64,000 bases of DNA, taken from NCBI GenBank assembly GCA_018713285.1, contig DVFK01000107.1, positions 2,715-66,714 on the forward strand. Reading direction: 5' to 3'. The position numbers and the translations under genes were made by a program. The notes under the pieces are model-generated. The model was not told where the DNA came from, did not search any database, and saw only the letters and a list, made by a program, of their open reading frames with translations. The stretch is from Candidatus Faecousia excrementigallinarum. GTDB taxonomy: Bacteria > Bacillota > Clostridia > Oscillospirales > Oscillospiraceae. Shown piece by piece: positions 38,325 to 47,285 of the stretch; positions within the stretch are counted from its first letter, which is position 1; every line of letters begins with the position of its first letter.

Positions 38325-39476
38325 ATGAAGAAGGTATTTGCATTTGTAATGGCCGCATGTATGGCAGCTACTATGTTTGTGGGCTGCGCCCCCAAGAAGG
38401 GGAATGAGGAAGCCTCCACCGTCATCAAGGTCGGCACCAGCGGTCCTCTCACCGGCGGCAACGCTATGTACGGCAACGCCGTTGCCAATGGCCTGAAGCT
38501 GGCTTTTGAGGAAATCAATGCCAAGGGCGGCCTGAAGTTCGAGGTCAATGCCCAGGACGACGAAGGCGACACCGAGAAGGCTGTCAACGCATACAAGAAC
38601 CTGAAGGACTGGGGTATGCAGATCATGGCTGGTCCCACCACCTCCGGCGCTGCCGCTGCTACCGCCGCTGAGTGTGCCGCTGACCGGGTGTTTATGATGA
38701 CCCCCTCCGCTTCCGATGTGTCCGTCATTGCCGCCGGTGACAACGTCTTCCAGATTTGCTTCACCGACCCCAACCAGGGCGTAGGCTCTGCCCAGTACAT
38801 TGCCGAGCACAATCTGGGTACTGCCATCGGTGTTATCTATGATTCCTCCAACCCCTACTCCGCCGGTATCTATGAAAAGTTCCAGGAGAAGGCCGAGGAG
38901 TTGGGCCTGAATGTGGTGGCTGTGGAAGCCTTCACCGAGGACAACAAGGCAGACCTCACCACCCAGGTGACCAAGTGCCAGTCCGCCGGCTGCGATCTGG
39001 TGTTCCTGCCCATCTACGCTGCGGAAGCTACCCAGGTTCTTACCTACGCTGACAAGATTGGCTATACCCCCAAGTTCTTCGGCTGCGACGGCCTGGACGG
39101 CATCCTGGCTGTGGAAGGCTTTGACCCGGCTCTGGCCGAGGGCGTCATGCTCCTGACCCCCTTTGATGCCACCGCAACCGACGAAAAGACCCAGAACTTC
39201 GTGAAGAACTACACCGATAAGTTCGGCATTGCCCCCAACCAGTTCGCTGCGGATGCTTACGACGTGGCCTATGTCATTGCCGCCGCCTGCGAAGCCGGTA
39301 AGGTCACCCCGGAGATGAGCGCCGAGGAAGTGTGCACCATTCTGATGGAGCAGGTCCTGTCCATGAGCTTTGACGGCATCACCGGCGAGGGAATGCAGTG
39401 GAGCGAAGACGGTGCCGTTTCCAAGGAGCCCAAGGCTGTGAAGATTGAAAACGGTGTTTATGTTGGTATCGAATAA
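38325..39476 (+). CDS. livK: branched-chain amino acid ABC transporter substrate-binding lipoprotein
   Basis: Lipobox FVGC, IKVGTSGPLTGG.A.YG, EEINAKGG and FQICFTD..QG motifs. Confidence 0.88.
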   Translation: MKKVFAFVMAACMAATMFVGCAPKKGNEEASTVIKVGTSGPLTGGNAMYGNAVANGLKLAFEEINAKGGLKFEVNAQDDEGDTEKAVNAYKNLKDWGMQIMAGPTTSGAAAATAAECAADRVFMMTPSASDVSVIAAGDNVFQICFTDPNQGVGSAQYIAEHNLGTAIGVIYDSSNPYSAGIYEKFQEKAEELGLNVVAVEAFTEDNKADLTTQVTKCQSAGCDLVFLPIYAAEATQVLTYADKIGYTPKFFGCDGLDGILAVEGFDPALAEGVMLLTPFDATATDEKTQNFVKNYTDKFGIAPNQFAADAYDVAYVIAAACEAGKVTPEMSAEEVCTILMEQVLSMSFDGITGEGMQWSEDGAVSKEPKAVKIENGVYVGIE

Positions 39477-39493
39477 TACATAGACTTGAATGG

Positions 39494-39526
39494 AAGCCGG
39501 GCGGGGATTCCCCCCGCCTGGCTTTT
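39494..39526 (+). other. hairpin after livK (stabiliser or partial terminator)
   Basis: aagccgggcgggg/ccccgcctggcttt stem. Confidence 0.55.
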
Positions 39527-39598
39527 AACCTTTCACCGGTCTATGAGAGAGCCCACCGGGGCTTTGTCATAGGCTGTTGAAGAAAGTGAGGAAGAAAC

Positions 39599-40480
39599 AT
39601 GGATTTTTTACAGTATACCATCAACGGTATCAGCATCGGCGCCGTATACGCCATCATCGCCCTGGGCTATACCATGGTTTACGGCATTGCCAAGATGCTG
39701 AATTTTGCCCACGGTGATATTATCATGGTAGGTGCCTACATCTCCTTCTCTGTAACCACTTACCTGAATGTGTCCCCCTACCTGAGTATTCTGGTGGCTA
39801 TGGTGGGCTGCGTGGTGCTGGGTGTGCTGATTGAGGCACTGGCCTACCGTCCCTTGCGGGGCGCTCCCAGCCTGGCGGTGCTCATTACCGCCATTGGCGC
39901 CAGCTACTTCCTGCAAAATGCCGCCCAGCTGATCTGGGGCAGCGACCCGAAGAACTTTACCAGTATTGTGAAGTTCTCTCCCATCAAGCTGTTTGACGGC
40001 CAGGTGACCATCACCGGTGAGGTGCTGGTAACGGTTGTTACCTGCCTTGTGATTATGATTGCCCTGGTGCTGTTCACGGAGAAAACCAAAATCGGCAAGT
40101 CCATGCGGGCGGTTTCCGAGGACCGGGATGCGGCCCAGCTCATGGGCATCCATGTGAACCGGACCATTTCCGTAACCTTTGCCATCGGCTCTGCTCTGGC
40201 AGCCATTGCAGGGATTCTGCTGTGCTCCACCGTGCCCACCCTCCAGCCCACCACCGGCTCCATGCCCGGCATCCGGGCCTTTACGGCGGCGGTGTTCGGC
40301 GGCATCGGCTCCATTCCGGGGGCTATGCTGGGCGGTCTGGTGCTGGGACTGGTAGAGACCTTTACCAAGGGCTATATTTCCACCCAGTTTTCCGATGCAG
40401 TGGTGTTCCTGGTGCTGATTGTGGTGCTGCTGGTAAAGCCTGCAGGCCTGTTGGGCAAGAACATCCAGGAGAAAGTGTAA
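39599..40480 (+). CDS. livH: BCAA ABC transporter permease
   Basis: YAIIALGYTMVYGI..NFAHG, GKSMRAVSED..AQLMGI and FTAAVFGGIGSIPGA motifs. Confidence 0.95.
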   Translation: MDFLQYTINGISIGAVYAIIALGYTMVYGIAKMLNFAHGDIIMVGAYISFSVTTYLNVSPYLSILVAMVGCVVLGVLIEALAYRPLRGAPSLAVLITAIGASYFLQNAAQLIWGSDPKNFTSIVKFSPIKLFDGQVTITGEVLVTVVTCLVIMIALVLFTEKTKIGKSMRAVSEDRDAAQLMGIHVNRTISVTFAIGSALAAIAGILLCSTVPTLQPTTGSMPGIRAFTAAVFGGIGSIPGAMLGGLVLGLVETFTKGYISTQFSDAVVFLVLIVVLLVKPAGLLGKNIQEKV

Positions 40481-40484
40481 GGTG

Positions 40485-41570
40485 ATGGGTATGCGGTTAC
40501 AAAATATCTGGCAGAAAAACAAAACCAACCTGCTTACATACGGAACGGTGATTGTGGCTTTCATCGTATTGCAGCTTCTGGCCAGCCAGGATATGCTGTC
40601 CAACTCCACAAGAGGGTATCTGGTTCCCATCTGTGCCTACATTGTGATGGCGGTGTCTTTGAATCTGGTGGTGGGCGTTTCCGGTGAGCTGAGTCTGGGC
40701 CATGCGGGCTTTATGGGTGTGGGCGCCTTTGTAGGCGTAGTCATTTCCGGAAGCCTCAGAGGCGTGGTGGAAAGCGACGCTTTGCGCCTGGTGCTGTCCA
40801 TGGTGGGCGGCGGCCTGATGGCAGGTGTGGCCGGTGTGATTATCGGCGTACCTGTGCTTCGCCTCCGGGGCGACTACCTGGCAATCGTCACCCTGGCCTT
40901 CGGTGAAATCCTCAAGAACATCATCGGCAACATCTATATCGGCAAAGACGCAACCGGTCTCCACTTTGCCATGAGCGCCGGCGGCGTATCCCTGGATGAG
41001 GGGGGCACCATGCTCCTGAAAGGCCCCATGGGTGCTACCGGTATCGAAAAGATCTCCTCCTTTACTGCCGGATTTCTGCTGATTCTCTTTACCCTTTTTG
41101 TGGTGCTGAATCTCATCAACTCCAAGGAAGGCCGGGCCATCAAGGCCATCCGGGACAACCGGATTGCGGCAGAGTGCGTGGGCATCCACGTGACCGCCTT
41201 CAAGCTGAAAGCCTTTGTGGTGGCCTCTGTCCTGGCGGGTATGGCAGGCGCTCTGTTTGCCCAGAACTACTCTGCCATTACGGCGGATAAATTTGACTTT
41301 ACCAACTCCATCAACATCCTGGTGTTTGTGGTGCTGGGCGGCATGGGCAACATCCTGGGCTCTGTGATTTCCGCTACGGTGCTGTACCTGCTGCCGGAGC
41401 TGCTCCGGGGCTTGCAGGACTTCCGCATGATTTTGTATGCGGTGGTGCTGATTGTGGTAATGCTGTGCACCTGGTCTCCCCAGGTGAAGGGAAAGATGCA
41501 GGTTGCCCGGATGTGGCTGGGCAAGCAGAAAGACAAAATTTTCAGAAAGGGGGCGGCCGACCATGCGTGA
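40485..41570 (+). CDS. livM: BCAA ABC transporter permease
   Basis: SLNLVVGVSGELSLGHAGF, LRLRGDYLAIVTLAFGEI and VVLGGMG motifs. Confidence 0.95.
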   Translation: MGMRLQNIWQKNKTNLLTYGTVIVAFIVLQLLASQDMLSNSTRGYLVPICAYIVMAVSLNLVVGVSGELSLGHAGFMGVGAFVGVVISGSLRGVVESDALRLVLSMVGGGLMAGVAGVIIGVPVLRLRGDYLAIVTLAFGEILKNIIGNIYIGKDATGLHFAMSAGGVSLDEGGTMLLKGPMGATGIEKISSFTAGFLLILFTLFVVLNLINSKEGRAIKAIRDNRIAAECVGIHVTAFKLKAFVVASVLAGMAGALFAQNYSAITADKFDFTNSINILVFVVLGGMGNILGSVISATVLYLLPELLRGLQDFRMILYAVVLIVVMLCTWSPQVKGKMQVARMWLGKQKDKIFRKGAADHA

Positions 41571-42405
41571 GGAATATTCCAGAAAAATGGTGGAGGTCAC
41601 CACCACAAACCTTTTGCGGGAACAGGATACGGATAAGCAGCCGGTGCTGGATGTGCGGAATCTGGGCATCGACTTCGGCGGCCTGACGGCAGTGGACGGC
41701 TTCACCATGTCCATCGGCCCCACGGAGATTTCCGGCCTCATCGGCCCCAACGGCGCCGGTAAGACCACCATTTTTAACCTTCTGACCAGCGTATACCAGC
41801 CCACCCGGGGCTCCATTCTTCTCAACGGTGTGGATACCAAGGGCATGACCACCGCCAAGGTCAACCGGCTGGGCATCGCCAGAACCTTCCAGAATATCCG
41901 GCTGTTCTCCGAGATGACAGCCCTGGACAATGTGAAGGTGGGTATGCACAACTCCATCAAATGTTCCTTCCTGTCCTCTCTTCTCCGGCTTCCTCCTTAC
42001 TATAAGGCGGAGCGGGGGGCCAACGAGCGGGCTATGGAGCTACTGGACTTTATGGGTCTTACGGATGTGGCCAACGTGAAGGCAGGAGCCCTGCCCTACG
42101 GTGTCCAGCGGCGGCTGGAAATCGTCCGGGCCCTGGCCACCAACCCCTCCATTGTGCTGCTGGATGAGCCGGCGGCAGGTATGAACCCCAGCGAAACGGC
42201 GGAGCTGATGCACCAGATCCGCAGAATCCGGGACACTTTCCAGATTGCCATTTTCCTCATCGAGCATGACATGAACCTGGTGATGAATGTGTGCGAGGCC
42301 ATTATGGTGGTCAACTACGGCCGGGTCATTGCCAAGGGTACGCCGGATCAGATCAAGCAGGATCCTGCGGTGATTGAGGCTTACCTGGGACGAAAGGATG
42401 GTTAA
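41563..42405 (+). CDS. livG: BCAA ABC transporter ATP-binding protein
   Basis: GPNGAGKTT, IARTFQNIRLF, LPYG, LLDEPAAG, EHDM and VIEAYLG motifs. Confidence 0.95.
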   Translation: MREEYSRKMVEVTTTNLLREQDTDKQPVLDVRNLGIDFGGLTAVDGFTMSIGPTEISGLIGPNGAGKTTIFNLLTSVYQPTRGSILLNGVDTKGMTTAKVNRLGIARTFQNIRLFSEMTALDNVKVGMHNSIKCSFLSSLLRLPPYYKAERGANERAMELLDFMGLTDVANVKAGALPYGVQRRLEIVRALATNPSIVLLDEPAAGMNPSETAELMHQIRRIRDTFQIAIFLIEHDMNLVMNVCEAIMVVNYGRVIAKGTPDQIKQDPAVIEAYLGRKDG

Positions 42406-42408
42406 GTT

Positions 42409-43107
42409 ATGCTGAAAATTCAGGATATTCATGTGTATTACGGAGCCATCCACGCAGTCAAAGGGGTGAGCTTTCAGGTGAATCAGGGGGAGATTGTGGC
42501 CCTGATTGGAGCCAACGGTGCCGGAAAGAGCACAATCCTTAAAACCATTTCCGGCCTGATGCACCCCCGCAGCGGCTCCATCACCTTCATGGACCAGGAC
42601 ATTACCCATACCGATGCCTATAAGCTGGTACGCCACGGCCTGGCCCATGTGCCGGAGGGACGGCGGATTTTCCTGCAAATGAGCGTCCAGGAGAATCTGG
42701 AAATGGGTGCCTTTACCCAGAAAGAGGTCTCCAAAGAGGAGCTGGAGCGGGTCTACACCCTGTTTCCCCGGCTGAAGGAACGGCGTAAGCAGGTGGCAGG
42801 TACCCTTTCCGGCGGCGAGCAGCAGATGCTGGCCATGAGCCGGGCCCTTATGAGTAAGCCGAGGCTTATGATGCTGGATGAGCCCTCCATGGGCCTTGCC
42901 CCCATTCTGGTGGACCAGATTTTTGACATTATCCGGGAGCTCCACAAGGCCGGCACCACCATTTTGCTGGTGGAGCAGAACGCCAGCAAAGCCCTGGAAA
43001 TTGCGGACCGGGCCTATGTGCTGGAAACCGGCACCCTGACCCTCTCCGGTACCGGTGCAGAGCTTTCCAGCAGCGACGAAGTACGAAAAGCCTACCTGGG
43101 CGGTTAA
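42409..43107 (+). CDS. livF: BCAA ABC transporter ATP-binding protein
   Basis: GANGAGKST, VPEGRRIF, LSGGEQQM, DEPSMGLAP and VRKAYLG motifs. Confidence 0.96.
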   Translation: MLKIQDIHVYYGAIHAVKGVSFQVNQGEIVALIGANGAGKSTILKTISGLMHPRSGSITFMDQDITHTDAYKLVRHGLAHVPEGRRIFLQMSVQENLEMGAFTQKEVSKEELERVYTLFPRLKERRKQVAGTLSGGEQQMLAMSRALMSKPRLMMLDEPSMGLAPILVDQIFDIIRELHKAGTTILLVEQNASKALEIADRAYVLETGTLTLSGTGAELSSSDEVRKAYLGG

Positions 43108-43112
43108 AAATG

Positions 43113-43151
43113 AACACCTCCTGCATAGAATCTGGCAGGAGGTGTTTTTTT
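43113..43151 (+). terminator. intrinsic terminator of liv operon
   Basis: aacacctcctgc/gcaggaggtgtt followed by a T-run. Confidence 0.85.
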
Positions 43152-43310
43152 ATGTGCCGCTATCACCAGCTTTGGGGAAGTGCGCTGATTGCCTTTGGGG
43201 GAGGAATCCTGTTGGGAGCCTGGCTGGAAGGTGGTTTTCTGTGCACGTGTCTTGGCATCGGCCTGATGCTTTTGGGATTTTATCTTTTCCGGCCCGGCTG
43301 TCGGTCATAA
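43152..43310 (+). CDS. small two-TM hypothetical protein
   Basis: GGAGGTG RBS inside the terminator stem; two hydrophobic Gly-rich helices. Confidence 0.5.
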   Translation: MCRYHQLWGSALIAFGGGILLGAWLEGGFLCTCLGIGLMLLGFYLFRPGCRS

Positions 43311-43366
43311 CCTTGTCCCAGGTTGAATAGGCTGTAACAGCAATGGGGGAGAAGGAGTGATTTCCA

Positions 43367-44866
43367 ATGGAATTACAATTTGACAAGCAGCCCATTTCCT
43401 GCCTGAATCAGGTGAAATGGGAGCAGAAAAATCAGGAGCTTACCCAGGAGATCCGCTTGACGGAGGATTTGCCGGATGTGGGCAGCGTCCTGGGTGCCTG
43501 GGGACAGACCATTGTCCGGGGCAAGCAGTGGCGGAAGGGAAATATGGAGGTAACCGGCGGGGTCATGGTGTTTGTGCTCTATGCCCCGGAGGACGGTTCC
43601 ACCCCCCGGGGGGTCCAGACCTGGTTGCCTTTCACCGTCAACTGGGAGCTTCCCGAGACCAAACATGACGGCACCATCTGCGTGTGCTGCCAGCTCACCG
43701 GAGTGGACGCCCGTTCCGCCTCTGCCCGGAAGCTCATTGTCCGGGCGGGGCTGGGAATCCAGGGAGAGGCTCTGGTGCCGGAGGAGCGGGAGCTGACCAC
43801 CCTGGGAGAAATCCCGGAGGATGTGCAGGTGCTGCGAAGAAAATATCCCGTGCGTTTGCCCACAGAGGCGGGAGAAAAGGCCTTTACTCTGGAGGATACC
43901 ATGAATCCCCCCACTGCCGGGGGCGGGATTTCCCGGATTCTCCGGTATGGCCTGGTGCCGGAAATTCTGGACGAGAAGGTCATGGAGGACAAGGTGGTGT
44001 TCCGGGGCATTGCCCAGGTTCATGTGCTGTACCTGGGAACAGACGACTGCCTCTACCCCTGGGACTTTGAGATTCCCTTCTCCCAGTATACCCAGCTGGA
44101 CCAGGAGCACGCCCTGGAGGCCCAGGCCCGGATTGTCCCGGCCATCACCAGCCTGGAGCTGGAGCCGGAGGAGGATGGGCAGGTGCAGCTGAAAGCCGGG
44201 CTTGCCTGCCAATATGTGATTTTTGACTCCCGGCTTCTGGAAGTGGCAGAGGACGGCTACAGCAACACCCGGAAGGTAAGCCCCTGCCGGGAACCTCTGG
44301 AACTGCCGGTGCTGCTGGACTGGGATACCCAGCCGGTGGCGGTGGAGGAGAGCCTCACCGCCCAGGGAACCCGGATGGCAGACGGGGAAGTGTACTGGGA
44401 GCAGCCCCAGATTCTCTGCCAGGAGCAGGAGATTTCCCTGTGCCTGCGGGGAACGGTGCAAATGCTGTACTATGACCTGGAGGGGAACCTCCAATGCCAG
44501 AGCCAGCCCTGGGAGTGGTGCCGGAAGCTGGAAGTCCACCCCAATGCCCAGCTCCAGGCCCAGGTTCTTCCGGTGGGGAAGGTGTCCGGGAGCATTTCCG
44601 GTGCCGGCGGAACCCTCCGGGGAGAGCTGAGCCTCACCGCCACCACCCGGAACAGCCGGGGCATGAGCCAGGTGACCGGGCTGGAGCTGGGAGACCCTGT
44701 CCGGCCTGACCCCAACCGTCCCAGCCTGATTATCAGGAAGCCGGGGGAGGAGGACCTGTGGTCCCTGGCCAAAAGCTGCGGCTCCACCATGGACGCCATT
44801 GCCCAGGCCAACGGCCTGGAAGGGGAGCCGGACCCGGATGCGCTGCTGCTGATTCCGGTGATGTAA
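43367..44866 (+). CDS. SPOCS (DUF3794) repeat / LysM spore coat morphogenetic protein (SipL-like)
   Basis: Repeated LPDV..KV.FRG...VLY SPOCS-like units; C-terminal LysM-like GEEDLWSLAK..STMDAIAQANGL. Confidence 0.8.
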   Translation: MELQFDKQPISCLNQVKWEQKNQELTQEIRLTEDLPDVGSVLGAWGQTIVRGKQWRKGNMEVTGGVMVFVLYAPEDGSTPRGVQTWLPFTVNWELPETKHDGTICVCCQLTGVDARSASARKLIVRAGLGIQGEALVPEERELTTLGEIPEDVQVLRRKYPVRLPTEAGEKAFTLEDTMNPPTAGGGISRILRYGLVPEILDEKVMEDKVVFRGIAQVHVLYLGTDDCLYPWDFEIPFSQYTQLDQEHALEAQARIVPAITSLELEPEEDGQVQLKAGLACQYVIFDSRLLEVAEDGYSNTRKVSPCREPLELPVLLDWDTQPVAVEESLTAQGTRMADGEVYWEQPQILCQEQEISLCLRGTVQMLYYDLEGNLQCQSQPWEWCRKLEVHPNAQLQAQVLPVGKVSGSISGAGGTLRGELSLTATTRNSRGMSQVTGLELGDPVRPDPNRPSLIIRKPGEEDLWSLAKSCGSTMDAIAQANGLEGEPDPDALLLIPVM

Positions 44867-44905
44867 AAAGGTGCCGCTGCGTGGGAGATACGCAGCGGCA
44901 TTTTT
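44866..44905 (+). terminator. intrinsic terminator
   Basis: gtgccgctgcgt/acgcagcggcat followed by a T-run. Confidence 0.75.
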
Positions 44906-45134
44906 GGCGGATGTCGCATTGGGAGAAATTATCCGCCGCTTATACCTTATGATAGAGGAGGGGGGATATGCAAGGGGAAGCTGTCGAGCGCCCGGGGATT
45001 TTTTCCTTGCATATTCTTTTGAACGTGCTATACTATATAGTGCAAACGGTCAAAAGGGCGATTTTATATAGCCCCTTTCCCGGAAGTCCGGGGCTTTTTG
45101 ACGGTTGTATTGAATTTACAGAAGGTGTTTGATT

Positions 45135-46277
45135 ATGACGAAAATTGATATTTACAGTGGTTTCCTGGGCGCAGGCAAAACCACCCTCATTAAAAAGCTG
45201 CTGCAGGAGGCATACCAGGGTCAGAAGCTGGTGCTGATTGAAAACGAGTTCGGCGAGATCGGCATTGACGGCGGCTTTTTACAGGACGCAGGCATCAACA
45301 TCCGGGAGATGAACTCCGGCTGCATCTGCTGCAGCCTGGTAGGCGACTTCGGCAAGGCCCTGACCCAGGTGATTGCCGACTATCATCCCGACCGGATTGT
45401 GATTGAGCCCTCCGGCGTGGGCAAGCTCTCCGACGTCATCGGTGCGGTGAACAAAGTGACCGGCGGGGATGTGACCCTGGGCTACACCGTGGCGGTGGTG
45501 GACGCTGGCAAGGTGAAGTCCTACAGCAAGAACTTCGGCGAGTTCTATAACAACCAGGTGCAGACCGCTTCCACCATCATCCTGTCCCGGACGGACGCCA
45601 TCCCCCAGGACAAGCTGGACAAGGCGGTGGAGTTGCTGCGGGAGCTGAACCCCCAGGCTACCATCGTCACCACCCCCTGGAACGCCCTTACCGGTGCCCA
45701 GCTGGTGGAGGCCATGGAGGGCAAGGCATCCCTGGCGGCAGAGCTGGCCCAGATGGAGCAGGAGCACCACCATCACCACGACCATGATCACGAGGAAGGC
45801 TGCGGCTGCGGCCACCACCACGACCATGACCACGAGGAGGGTTGCGGCTGCGGACATCACCACCACGACCATGACCACGAGGAAGGCTGTGGCTGCGAAC
45901 ATCACCACCACCATGACCACGAGGAAGGCTGCGGCTGCGGACACCATCACCACCATGACCACGAGGAAGGGTGCAGCTGTGGGCATCACCATGACCACCA
46001 CGCCGACGAGGTGTTCACCTCCTGGGGCGTGGAAACTGCCCGGAAGTTTACCAAAGAGCAGATTACGAAGGCTCTGGAAGCCCTGGACAGCGGCAAATAC
46101 GGCACGGTGCTCCGGGCCAAGGGCATTGTGGAAGCCCAGGACGGCACCTGGATTCACTTTGACCATGTGCCCCAGGAGGCAGATGTGCGTACCGGCAGCG
46201 CCGCCATCACCGGCAAAGTGTGTGTCATCGGTGCCCAGCTGAATGAGGCAGAAATTGCCGCATTGTTTGGAGTGTAA
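45135..46277 (+). CDS. CobW/COG0523 family metallochaperone GTPase with His/Cys-rich insert
   Basis: GFLGAGKTT, NEFGEIGID, GCICC, EPSGV and LRAKG motifs. Confidence 0.93.
   Translation: MTKIDIYSGFLGAGKTTLIKKLLQEAYQGQKLVLIENEFGEIGIDGGFLQDAGINIREMNSGCICCSLVGDFGKALTQVIADYHPDRIVIEPSGVGKLSDVIGAVNKVTGGDVTLGYTVAVVDAGKVKSYSKNFGEFYNNQVQTASTIILSRTDAIPQDKLDKAVELLRELNPQATIVTTPWNALTGAQLVEAMEGKASLAAELAQMEQEHHHHHDHDHEEGCGCGHHHDHDHEEGCGCGHHHHDHDHEEGCGCEHHHHHDHEEGCGCGHHHHHDHEEGCSCGHHHDHHADEVFTSWGVETARKFTKEQITKALEALDSGKYGTVLRAKGIVEAQDGTWIHFDHVPQEADVRTGSAAITGKVCVIGAQLNEAEIAALFGV
45765..46003 (+). repeat. in-frame tandem repeat encoding about 5x (H3-5-DH-(DH)-EEGC-x-C-G)
   Basis: Imperfect 42-48 nt units of type caccacgaccatgaccacgaggaaggctgcggctgcgg. 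Confidence 0.9.
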
Positions 46278-46280
46278 GCT

Positions 46281-47222
46281 ATGACCCAGATTCCTGTCTA
46301 TACCTTCACCGGCTTCCTGGACTCCGGAAAGACCAAATTCATCCAGGAGACCCTGGAAGACCCCCGGTTCAACGGGGGCGAGCGGACGCTGCTCCTGGTG
46401 TTTGAGGAAGGGGAGGAGGAGTATGACTTCTCCACCTATCCCCATAAGAATGTGTACCTGGAGGTGCTGGACCAGCAGACCGTGGACCCCAAGACCCTGC
46501 AAGCCCTGGCGAAGAAGTACAAGGCTCAGCGGATTGTGGCGGAGCTGAACGGTATGCAGCTGGTGGGGGACCTTTACAGCCGATTCCCGGAGGAATGGGT
46601 GGTTGCCCAGGAAGTGATGTTTGCCGACTCCACCACCATTATGACCTACAATGCCAATATGCGCAATCTGGTGATGGACAAGCTGGTAGGTGCCCAGATG
46701 GTGGTGTTCAACCGGGTAACCCCCGGGGCGGATACTTTGCCCTTGCACAAGCTGGCAAGAGCCGCCAATCGGCGGATTGACATTTTGTATGACTACACCG
46801 ACGGCACCACCGCCTTTGACGAGCTGCAAGACCCCCTGCCCTTTGACATCAACGCCCCTGTCATTGAAATCAAGGACGAGGACTATGCTTTGTGGTACCG
46901 GGATGTGACGGAGGAGCCTAAGAAGTATGCAGGCAAAACCGTCCGGTTCAAAGGCCAGGTGGCCATGCTTCGCCGGGACCGGAATACCATGTTTGCCCCC
47001 GGCCGGTTCGTCATGACCTGCTGCGAGGCAGATATTGAGTTCTTCGGGGTTCCCTGTCGGTACCCCAACTCCAAAGAGCTGAAGCCCCGCTCCTGGGTGA
47101 TGGTGGAGGCCACCGTTGCTGCGGAGAAACACGCCGTGTACCAGAACGAGCTGGGCCCGGTGCTCACCGCCATCCGGGTGGAGCCGGCAGAACCGGCAGA
47201 TCCGGAAGTAGCGACTTTTTGA
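46281..47222 (+). CDS. degenerate COG0523-like GTPase fused to a TIGR03943-like C-terminal domain
   Basis: GFLDSGKT, EEGEEEY, ELNGM and C-terminal GRFVMTCCEAD. Confidence 0.75.
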   Translation: MTQIPVYTFTGFLDSGKTKFIQETLEDPRFNGGERTLLLVFEEGEEEYDFSTYPHKNVYLEVLDQQTVDPKTLQALAKKYKAQRIVAELNGMQLVGDLYSRFPEEWVVAQEVMFADSTTIMTYNANMRNLVMDKLVGAQMVVFNRVTPGADTLPLHKLARAANRRIDILYDYTDGTTAFDELQDPLPFDINAPVIEIKDEDYALWYRDVTEEPKKYAGKTVRFKGQVAMLRRDRNTMFAPGRFVMTCCEADIEFFGVPCRYPNSKELKPRSWVMVEATVAAEKHAVYQNELGPVLTAIRVEPAEPADPEVATF

Positions 47223-47285
47223 ATTTTGGGAGGTGCGGTTTTTGCCGTGCCTCCTTCCTAAAATGTGGAAAGGCAGGTGGAAGCT

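Noticed and set aside
45765-46003. ~45-bp repeats as a possible CRISPR array
   Set aside because: In-frame His/Cys repeat inside a CDS, with no unique spacers and no cas genes.
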